The notes beneath the pieces were generated by a model that did no database searches, was not told the DNA's origin, and saw only the letters and a program-made list of their open reading frames with translations. The translations under genes and the position numbers were made by a program. From Macrostomum lignano (taxonomy: Eukaryota), in assembly GCA_002269645.1 (NCBI GenBank), contig NIVC01003696.1, positions 18,468-82,467 on the forward strand: DNA of 64,000 nucleotides. Reading direction: 5' to 3'. Shown piece after piece: positions 44,211-54,600 of this stretch; positions within the stretch are counted from its first letter, which is position 1; each line of letters begins with the position of its first letter.

Positions 44211-44248
44211 TGCCTGAAGATGGCTAGTTTTAGCCGAAACGCGTCGCA
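44211..44248 (+). ncRNA. Minimal type I hammerhead ribozyme of PLE type
   Basis: UGC-CUGAAGA-U-GGCUA(GUUU)UAGCC-GAAAC-GC-GUC^GCA: conserved core, 5-bp stem II, 3-bp stem I, palindromic ACGCGU stem III; predicted cleavage after C44245. Confidence 0.82.
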
Positions 44249-44651
44249 AATAATATTGAGCTTCACTTGACTTTTAGTATTAAGATTATATTGACTCCAT
44301 TTAAAAATCCATTCAAATCATTCTATGAAGACCTTTTTAAACTAGGCCTAGAAATTTTTGGCATAAATATTATCTCCTAAATAATAATTCTTTCGATGTC
44401 TTATAAGTCCTAATGTTTTTTGATAGGGCATCTAAGAGTACTCCCTTGTTTCAAATTTTAGTTCTGAATTTTTACCAAAAAGGTCATCTTGATTGACTAT
44501 GTCTACAGTGTATTCTGATCTAACAGTGGAAATTTTTTGAAAATCAGTTAAGACGTCTCTTGTCTTGTCTTGATTTCATTATCTCGTATAATGGTCCTAT
44601 TTTGAGTTGTTTTTCTTCTAATAGCTAATAATTGTAATTATCTCTGCTTTC

Positions 44652-47600
44652 ATGTCGCTCTCTCTCTGCCGCTGTTACAGCAGCATTGGAAATGCAGCTG
44701 CAGTGACAGCGGCTGTAACGGCGGCGGCCTATTCAACAAAGATAGCCACTGGCCGCTCATCCTCTGCTTCTGCCAGCTCATCCGGCCGTTTCCGCTCTCG
44801 CCCGCAGCGGTCGACACTGCGCGGCGTTGATCGGCTGCGCGACTGGGCACTCAGTAGCCTGGTCCATTGTCAGCCTGACGACCTGATCGCCTGCATGCAC
44901 CCGCTGACAGCTCGCGGCGGGTCGGCTGGCGACCTGCTCGATGATTCCACGCCAGCTGATGCGCTTGTCCACCGGCTGTTGGCGCCTGGCGATGTGGCTG
45001 GGCTGCAGGCTGAGCGGCTGCTGCTGAGCTCCACTGCGTTTGCCGTCTGCCTGCCGTCTGGACCGCTGACTTCCGAGGAGCTGCTGCACCTGGCTCGGTT
45101 TCCTGATCCTGTAAGCCGCTGCTGTGTGATGCTGCTGTGATGCAGATCTGGGAGGGCGGCTGTGGCCCAGCAACTGAGGATCTGGGAGGGCGGCCCTGCA
45201 ACTGGGGATCTAAGAGGGCGGCAGTGGCCCAGCAACTGAGGATCTGGGAGTGTGGCGGTGACCCCAGCAGCTGAGGATCTGGGAGGGTGGCTCAGCAACT
45301 GAGGATCTGGGAGCATAGCAGTGGTCCAGCAACTGAGGATCTGGGAGCATAGCAGTGGTCCAGCAACTGAGGATCTGGGAGCATAGCAGTGGTCCAGCAA
45401 CTGAGGATCTGGGAGGGCGGCGGTGACCCCAGCAACTGAGGATCTGGGAGGGCGGCTCAGCAACTGAGGATCTGGGAGGGCGGCTCAGCAACTGAGGATC
45501 TGGGAGGGCGGCTCAGCAACTGAGGATCTGTGAGGGCGGCTCAGCAACTGAGGATCTGGGAGGGCGGCTCAGCAACTGAGGATCTGGAGGGCGGCTCAGC
45601 AACTGAGGATCTGGAGGGTGGCTCAGCAACTGAGGATCTGGAAGGGCGGCTCAGCAACTGAGGATCTGGAAGGGTGGCCCTGCAACTAGGGATCTGGGAG
45701 GGCGGCAGTGGCCCAGCAACTGAGGATCTGGGAGGGCGGCGGTGACCCCAGCAACTGGGGATCTGGGAGGGCGGCGGTGACCCCAGCAACTGGGGATCTG
45801 GGAGGGCGGCTCAGCAACTGAGGATCTGGGAGGGTGGTCCAGCAACTGAGGATCTGGGAGCATGACAGTGGTCCAGCAACTGAGGATTCTTGAGGTACAC
45901 AGGTACTTCACTAAAGCTCTAGGAAATTGGCCTGGTAACTGTTTAACTTATGGATCTAGGAGAATGCTACCCGCTCAATCTGGGTACTTCGTTGGATGAC
46001 ATCGCAAGCCATGAGTATGTGGGAGGGTGTCAGCTAAAAATCCCAAGCTCGCATGTCCCCAATCCTTGCCCAATCGCCCAGGCAGACAGGCTGCTGGCTT
46101 ACCAAGGCCTGTACCGGCTGGCGCTGCACCAAAGCCAAGACGATTGGCTGGCCAGACCGCCTGGCCAGGCCATCCAGCTGGCTCGCAGCTTGGCCGGCTT
46201 GGCCCTGGAGGCTGGACTGCCAACGGAGGAGCGGCAGCCGTTGCTATTGGACTTCTCCGGCTACAGCAATGGCCATCTGGAGTGGCGCCATCTGGCCCGC
46301 CAGGTGCTGCTCTGTCTGCAAGCTAACTATGCAGCTGATCGCCCGTTTCACCTAATCGCCTGCGGCCTGCATCCCGACTGCGTGTTTCGTCAGTATTTTA
46401 CTCTCGCCACTGGCGGCGTGGGCTTCGATGAGCTGCCGTTGGACTCTGTTGATAGTCTGGAGTCAGCCGTGGCCAGGTATTGAATGCGTTGCATTTTTAG
46501 GGTATTAGGACCATGATTTTAATGTAATTCAAATCAGCATCCAGCTTGATCCAACAGATCATCCCAGCCTTGACCAATAGATCATCCCAGCCCTGACCAA
46601 TAGATCATCCCAGCCCTGACCAATAGATCATCCCAGCCTTGACCAATAGATCATCCCAGCCCTGACCAATAGATCATCCCAGCCCTGACTAATAGATCAC
46701 CCCAGCCCTGACCAATAGATCACCCCAGCCCTGACCAATAGATCATCCCAGCCCTGACTAATAGATCATCCCAGCCTTGACCAATAGATCATCCAGCCCT
46801 GACCAATAGATCACCCCAGCCCTGACCAATAGATCATCCCAGCCCTGACTAATAGATCATCCCAGCCCTGACTAATAGATCATCCCAGCCCTGACTAATA
46901 GATCATCCCAGCCCTGACTAATAGATCATCCCAGCCCTGACCAATAGATCATCCCAGCCCTGACCAATAGATCATCCCAGCTCAGTCCAATAGATCACCC
47001 AGCTCAGTCCAATAGATCACCCAGCTCAGTCCAATAGATCACCCAGCTCAGTCCAATAGATCGCTCAGCTCAGTCCAATAGATCGCTCAGCTCAGTCCAA
47101 TAGATCGCTCAGCTCAGTCCAATAGATCGCTCAGCTCAGTCCAATAGATCGCTCAGCTCAGTCCAATAGATCGCTCAGCTCAGTCCAATAGATCGCTCAG
47201 CTCAGTCCAATAGATCGCTCAGCTCAGTCCAATAGATCGCTCAGCTCAGTCCAATAGATCGCTCAGCTCAGTCCAATAGATCGCTCAGCTCAGTCCAATA
47301 GATCGCTCAGCTCAGTCCAATAGATCGCTCAGCTCAGTCCAATAGATCACCCAGCTCAGTCCAATAGATCACCCAGCTCAGTCCAATAGATCACCCAGCT
47401 CAGTCCAATAGATCACCCAGCTCAGTCCAATAGATCACCCAGCTCAGTCCAATAGATCACCCAGCTCAGTCTAATAGATCACCCAGCTCAGTCCAATAGA
47501 TCACCCAGCTCAGTCCAATAGATCACCCAGCTCAGTCCAATAGATCGCTCAGCTCAGTCCAATAGATCGCTCAGCTCAGTCCAATAGATCGCTCAGCTCA

Positions 47601-48479
47601 GTCCAATAGATCACTCAGCTCAGTCCAATAGATCACCCAGCTCAGTCCAATAGATCACCCAGCTCAGTCCAATAGATCACCCAGCTCAGTCCAATAGATC
47701 ACCCAGCTCAGTCCAATAGATCACCCAGCTCAGTCCAATAGATCACCCAGCTCGATCTAATAGATCACATCAGCTCAGTCCAATAGATCGTTCAGCTCAG
47801 TCCAATAGATCACCCAGCTCAGTCCAATAGATCACCCAGCTCAGTCCAATAGATCACCCAGCTCAGTCCAATAGATCACCCAGTTCAGTCCAATAGATCA
47901 CCCCAGCTCAGATCCAAAAGCTTGAAGCATGCAATAACCGAATCTAACAAAGTACACCAAGAACTTTCGCTGTCATTCCCCATCTATAGATTCGGCCGCG
48001 ATCGGCTACTCTATCTATCGGCATTTTCGCCCAACGCGGCTCCCAATGCCGAACGGCTATTCCAACCCAACACTTCGTCTTCATCATCGTTTCAATCGCC
48101 TTCCGTCGCTCTAATTGTCGGCGTGACCGCATCTGGCGACGCTGCCAACCGGTTGTCGGTGGCTCGGGCCGAGCAGTTCGGCCTGAGACACGCCCGCCTA
48201 CCGCTGGCTGATCGGTGTAGGAGCGGCGGGCGGAGACGGTTAGTAACCGGCCTGCCCGATCTGCCTATCGGCCCGCTCACTAAACTGCTGCTTCGGTTGG
48301 CCGACACCGGCGGCGCCTGGGCGGTGGCTTCTCGCGAGGTGCCCGATCGATATTTGGACAATGAAGGAGCCGAGGCCGACGCCGATGCTGACTCTGTTGA
48401 CGGCCCGCTGCCCGGCATGGCCTTCCGGTCGCTTTACGGCATGCGGCTGGAGCACGTTCGGGATTTACTGGCTGATTGA
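44652..48479 (+). CDS. TRMT10C: TRMT10-family SPOUT tRNA m1R9 methyltransferase, most like mitochondrial TRMT10C/MRPP1, 447 aa, 3 exons (44652-45110, 46082-46476, 47990-48479)
   Basis: QPLLLDFSGY, LARQVLLCLQANYAADRPFHL, RDRLLYLSAFSPN, SVARAEQFGLRHARLPL, LTKLLLRL..GAWAVA..VP; Ser/Arg/Ala-rich, acid-poor N-terminus like a mitochondrial transit peptide; phases 0 and 2 are consistent. Confidence 0.7.
45140..45890. repeat. ~27-33-bp minisatellite (CAGCAACTGAGGATCTGGGAGGGCGGCT)n, TRMT10C intron 1
   Basis: Visible array. Confidence 0.93.
46550..47915. repeat. Two-domain minisatellite (23-bp GACCAATAGATCATCCCAGCCCT then 22-bp GTCCAATAGATCGCTCAGCTCA), TRMT10C intron 2
   Basis: Unit switch at ~46980. 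Confidence 0.95.
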
Positions 48480-48629
48480 TGCTTTTATATTGGCACTATG
48501 AAGTCGCCTAATTTTAAAAAAACTAAATGTGCTATCTACGGGTGCTTAATTGTTGTCTGTAAGCTGGCGAAGTGTACTTTGTATTTAAAACCGTATCAAT
48601 TGGATGGATTAAGTACCTGAGGGTGCACA

Positions 48630-48631
48630 CC

Positions 48632-48674
<43 letters not shown>

Positions 48675-48723
48675 CAGAGACAGACAGAGACAGATTGAGG
48701 GACAGACAGACAGACAGATAGAA

Positions 48724-48775
<52 letters not shown>

Positions 48776-49015
48776 CAGAGACAGATTGACGGACAGACAG
48801 ACAGACAGACAGATAGAAAAACAGACAGACCGGCAGACAGACAGACAGAGACAGATTGACGGACAGACAGACAGACAGACAGATAGACAGGCAGACAGAC
48901 AGACAGAGACAGATTGACGGACAGACAGACAGACAGACAGATAGAAAAACAGACAGACCGGCAGACAGACAGACAGAGACAGATTGAAGGACAGACACAG
49001 GCAGACCAGACAGAC
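48630..49015. repeat. (CAGA)n microsatellite, intergenic
   Basis: Visible, interrupted array. Confidence 0.95.
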
Positions 49016-49333
49016 ACAGGCGATTCAACATAGAAATCAAGCGATATTGTTAAGTTTGTTTTAGCACAGAGATGCAGTTGTTATTGCAATTTTTTGAAAA
49101 TAAATAATGCATTTAAATTCTACTTTTGGTTCGAGATATTTTGTCTCACTTGTTTTTTGGTATTCAATTTCTTTTTCTTATTTGTTGTTGTCTCGCTATT
49201 TTATTTTATTATTTATGTTTATTTTCAAGGCAATCTGTCCCCTCTTTGCTACTGTTAGTAGAGTGTATTCTCACTAATTCGTACTAAGATAATTCGCTAG
49301 CAAATCCGAATTGCAACTCCAGTTAGCGTTGCC

Positions 49334-50815
49334 ATGTCTCGGACTGGGAAGAAAAACAAATCTTACGGCTTGATCATACCGGGCGAGGAGAGGGCGAAGC
49401 AGCGGCAACAGCAGCAACAACAGCAACAGAAGCAGCAGCTGTCTCGACCGTCGATATTCGACGACAGCGATTCAGACGGCGAGGCCGAAGCTAAATTTGA
49501 CGCAAAATTTGCCAAATTCGACGCTAAAAAAGCGGCTTTAGAAGCGTCGGGCAATAGCCGGTTGAAGAGCTCCACCAGGGCGGACATAGACAAATGCCTG
49601 GCCGAGGACCCCAGCATATTCGAATACGATTCCATCTACGATCAGATTACCGAACGGAAGCCCGAGCGGCAAACTGTTAAAACTGTGAGCGACCGGGCGC
49701 CCAAGTACATTGGCGGCCTGATGCAAGCGGCTGGAGAGCGCAAGATGGAGCGCGAGTATCAGAAAGAGAAGAAAATTCAAGCGGAGCGCGAGGCAGAAGG
49801 CGAACTGTACGCCGATAAAGAGGCCTTTGTAACATCTGCTTATAAAAAGAAATTGGCCGAGTTTTCCGAATTGGAGCGGCAGCACAAGCTGCAGGAGGCC
49901 AAGGATGCCAGGTAATCACATTGGCCTGGTTTAGTGATTGGGACAGCGGAGAGGCAGATTCAGGGACTGACTGATGGAGTGGAGAGACAGATTCAGGGAC
50001 TGACTGAGTCAGTGGAGAGGCAGATTCAGGGGCTGAGGGAGTGGAGAGGCAGATTCAGGGGCTGAGGGAGTGGAGAGGCAAATTCAGGGACTGGGGGAGC
50101 GGAGAGGCAGATTCAGGGACTGAGGGAGCGGAGAGGCAGATTCAGGGACTGAGGGAGCGGAGAGGCAGATTCAGGGACTGAGGGAGCGGAGAGGCAGATT
50201 CAGGGACTGAGGGAGCGGAGAGGCAGATTCAGGGACTGAGAGAGCGGAGAGGCAGATTCAGGGACTGAGGGAGCGGAGAGGCAGATTCAGGGACTGAGGG
50301 AGCGGAGAGGCAGATTCAGGGACTGAGGGAGCGGAGGCTATCAGTGACCTGATTTAGCTGGCATTCAATAATTCAGTGAATGAATTTGCAGGCAAGCAGC
50401 CGCAAAGCAGCAGGACCTGACGGGATTCTATCGCAATCTGCTTGACCGCGGCCGCAAGCCTCAATCCGAGGAGCCGCCGCCGCCTCAGCTGCCTCAGTCT
50501 TCGTCATCATCATCAGCGGCGGTCCGGGATCGGGACCGGGATCGTAGGCAACCTCACCGACATCAGCATCGAAGGTCCAGAAGGTCCAGATCGAGGTCAA
50601 GTTCGGCCTCATCGTCGGGTGGCGCAGCCAAGTCAGCAAAAGCTTCAGCCGGCTCGGCAGGTCCGGTGCTCGATCCGCTACTATTAGTAAAGCTTCGCAG
50701 GCGTAACAACCAAGACGCCGTGAGCAGCGCCAGAGAGCGCTACCTGCAGCGCAAAGGCTTGACAGCGGCCGCGCCACCAATTGTGGCCGATAGCGATCAA
50801 GAAGATGACGATTGA
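49334..50815 (+). CDS. NSRP1: Nuclear speckle splicing regulatory protein 1 (CCDC55), 333 aa, 2 exons (49334-49911, 50392-50815)
   Basis: KSYGLIIP, RPSIFDDSDSD, LAEDPSIFEYDSIYD, PKYIGGLMQAAGERKME, DKEAFVTSAYKKKL, KQQDLTGFYRNLL, RS-rich segment, RRNNQDAVSSARERYLQRK; phase-2 intron. Confidence 0.92.
49945..50337. repeat. 29-bp minisatellite (GAGAGGCAGATTCAGGGACTGAGGGAGCG)n, NSRP1 intron
   Basis: Occupies ~390 of the 480 nt of the intron. Confidence 0.95.
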
Positions 50816-51024
50816 AAGCATAGAAACAGCGATATTAAATCTTGTATATTTATGTGCTTCTAACTATATGTGTAAACAATTTAAAATTGACATTTGTAAA
50901 TAATTAAATAGTGTTAAACTATTTCATCGGGTTGAAGTCGACTTCTTTGTGGTTAGTTTAATTTTACCGTGGTTTAATTAGAAAATATTTGTTTAGGTTT
51001 CCATTCAAGGTTTTGGTTTGACCA

Positions 51025-51385
51025 TCTTGTAGACACGCTTGCACTTCACTTGTGTTTATTGCCATAGACACGCTTGCACTATCGGGTGTTTATTGCTATA
51101 GACACGCTTGCACTTTTAGGTGTTTATTGCTATAGACACGCTTGCACTATCGGGTGTTTATTGCTATAGACACGCTTGCACTATCGGGTGTTTATTGCTA
51201 TAGACACGCTTGCACTATCGGGTGTTTATTGCTATAGACACGCTTGCACTATCGGGTGTTTATTGCTATAGACACGCTTGCACTATCGGGTGTTTATTGC
51301 TATAGACACGCTTGCACTATCGGGTGTTTATTGCTATAGACACGCTTGCACTATCGGGTGTTTATTGCTATAGACATTGCACTAT
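51025..51385. repeat. 34-bp minisatellite (ATAGACACGCTTGCACTATCGGGTGTTTATTGCT)n, intergenic
   Basis: Visible array. Confidence 0.94.
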
Positions 51386-51670
51386 TACACTAAAGCAGTT
51401 TTCCTATAATTAAAGCATGTATTTCAGTGTGGCTATGTATTCTTGCCTGCATAATAACTATTAGCGAACTGTCAATTCAAAGTGTAGCTTAGCAGAAGAG
51501 CATAGGTATGATGATAACAATGAATATAAGAGCCTGATGCTTCTGCAGTCTCGAATATCCTCCCCAAGCCCTACCCACTCAGAATTCGCTGAGCAGATCT
51601 ATAGCTAAAATGTCTAACTAAGCCAATTAACAAATGCTAACCCGCTGCCATTCGGCAGTCTAACCTAGCC

Positions 51671-54600
51671 ATGTCCACCTCCAAGTCGAAAGCCGCCAAA
51701 CAGGCTGACGAACGCTGGTCCTGGACTGAGAGCGTCGAACCTGGCGACATCGCCGAGCACCAGCTGATGAAGGCCTACAACCTGCTGTCGGACACGTGTC
51801 CGCTGGGCGCCTGCCGCGGCAACTGCCGCCAGAATCCCTGCTGCCTGAACGGCCTCGGGCCGGACAAATTTGCGGAGACCGCCGAGGCTGCCACGTCTTT
51901 GGCCGCCATGGCCGGGCCGGTGGCGCTGGCCGCCGCTGCCGCTAAGCAACCGCCGTCCTGTTGTCCCGGCGACGCCGAAGCAGACGCTGATGACGCAACC
52001 GGTCAGCAGGATGATTCGGCCGCAGCTTCCTCATCGGACGGTCCAATTGGTCTCACCAATTATGGCAACACGTGCTATTTGAATTCGCTGTTGCAGTTGT
52101 ACCTGCGCAGCCCGGATCTGGTGCAGGCCGTCTATCGGCTGCCCTCCGATGATGACGCTATCATTCGCGAACTGCAGAGCATCTTTGCCAGGCTGCATCT
52201 GCAACGCGACGGCGTCTGCGAACCCGTGGCGTTTATTGAGGCCCTCAATTTGGACAAGGGCATCCAGCAGGACGCCAGCGAGTTCAGGATCCTATTCCGA
52301 CAGTTGTTGGAACGAAGATTTGATGAGTTTGACGACAATGTTATGAAGCATTACACTGGATCTTACAAGTGAGCCAATGAAAGAAATCGTATTGAGAATC
52401 TATTCTCCAAGTTTCCCAGCCTAAATCTGCCAGAGAATCTGCCCCACACCTGTCTAAATATGCCAGAGAATCTACCCCACATCTGTCTAAATCTGCCAGA
52501 GAATCTACACCTGTCTAAATCTACCAGAGAATCTACCCCGCACCTGTCTAAATCTGCCAGAGAATCTACCCCGCACCTGTCTAAATCTGCCAGAGAATCT
52601 ACCCCACACCTGTCAAATCTGCCAGAGAATCTACCCCACACCTGTCTAAATCTGCCAGATAATCTACCCCACACCTGTCTAAATCTGCCAGATAATCTAC
52701 CCCACACCTGTCTAAATCTGCCAGATAATCTACCCCACACCTGTCTAAATCTGCCAGAGAATCTACCCCACACCTGTCTAAATCTGCCAGAGAATCTACC
52801 CCACACCTGTCTAAATCTGCCAGAGAATCTACCCCACACCTGTCTAAATCTGCCAGAGAATCTACCCCGCACCTGTCTAAATATGCCAGAGAATCTACCC
52901 CACACCTGTCTAAATCTGCCAGAGAATCTACCCCACACCTGTCTAAATCTGCCAGAGAATCTACCCCACACCTGTCTAAATCTGCCAGAGAATCTACCCC
53001 ACACCTGTCTAAATCTGCCAGAGAATCTACCCCACACCTGTCAAAATCTGCCAGAGAATCTACTCCAAACCCTTCCAAATCTGCCACAGAAACTACCAGA
53101 CCGTTTTTAATCTGCCACATAAACTACCAAACCGTTTTTTAAATCTGCCACAGAAACTACCAAACCGTTTTTTTATCTGCCACGGAATCTACCAGACCGT
53201 TTTTAATCTGCCACGGAATCTACCAAACCGTTTTTAATCTGCCACAGAAACTACCAGACCGTTTTTAATCTGCCACAGAAACTACCAGACCGTTTTTAAT
53301 CAGCCACGGAATCTACCAAACCGTTTTTTAATCTGCCACAGAAACTACCAGACCGTTTTTAATCTGCCACAGAAACTACCAGACCGTTTTTAATCTGCCA
53401 CAGAAACTACCAGACCGTTTTTAATCTGCCACAGAAACTACCAGACCGTTTTTAATCTGCCACAGAAACTACCAGACCGTTTTTAATCTGCCACAGAAAC
53501 TACCAGACCGTTTTTAATCTGCCACAGAAACTACCAGACCGTTTTTAATCTGCCACAGAAACTACCAGACCGTTTTTAATCTGCCACAGAAACTCCAGAC
53601 CGTTTATAATCTGCCACAAAAACTACCAGACCGTTTTTAATCTGCCACAGAAACTACCAGACCGTTTTAAATTTGCCACAGAAACTACCAGACCGTTTTT
53701 AATCTGCCACAGAAACTACCAGACCGTTTATAATCTGCCACAGAAACTACCAGACCGTTTTTAATCTGCCACAGAAACTACCAGACCGTTTTTAATCTGC
53801 CACAGAAACTACCAGACCGTTTTTAATATGCCACAGAAACTACCCCTATAGGTGCCTGAAAACGATAAATTCTGAAGAATGTGCTCATACAGCAATTTCA
53901 ACCCAAGCCACCACCATCCTAATCATCCCCTTAGATACGTGACTCGCTGTCACGCCTGCAGCTATCTGTCGGAACGCGAGTCAAATTTTCACGAGCTCTG
54001 CTTAAACCTGACCAGCACTTTGCTGACTGACTGCCTTCGCGAGTTCTTAGCCCGACAGGACCTGGCCGGGGAGAGTCAGTACAACTGCCCCGTGTGCCAG
54101 GCGCCACGGGACGCTAGCGTAGGCGTAGAACTGGTGTCCCTGCCCGACGAGCTGTGCCTCCAGCTGATGCGATTTGACTTCGACATGCGCACCCTGCGCA
54201 AGAAGAAAGTGAAATCCCGATTGCTTATCCTGAGACCATTGAAATGTCCGAATTCCTGTCCGGAGCTGAGCCCTACGTGCTCAAGGCTGTGCTCATTCAT
54301 ATTGGACCGCAGGTAACTAAATTATGCTTGTTTTGCTATTTTAGCTATGATGGGGCGAGTTAATCCTGTCTGTAGATTATGGTGGGGTGTTAATCCTGTC
54401 TGTGGATTATGGTGGGGTGTTAATCCCGTCGGTAGATTATGGTGGGGTGTTAATCCTGTCTGTGGATTATGGTGGGGTGTTAATCCTGTCGGTAGATTAT
54501 GGTGGGGTGTTAATTCTGTCTGTGGATTATGGTGGGGTGTTAATCCTGTCGGTAGATTATGGTGGGGTGTTAATCCTGTCTGTAGATTATGATGGGGTGT

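Larger units (their letters stand above)
43550..44258. mobile_element. 5'-truncated Penelope-like retroelement (PLE) arranged as an inverted duplication of its 3' end
   Basis: Inverted arms 43594-43914 and 43940-44260. The right arm reads KLHKPTLNVQLSGGGASEQLLVF*, resembling the PxLN terminus of PLE GIY-YIG ORFs, followed by a 3'UTR with (CT)n and a hammerhead. Direct repeat AGCTTCACTTGA at 43538-43549 and 44259-44270 (TSD). Confidence 0.8.
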
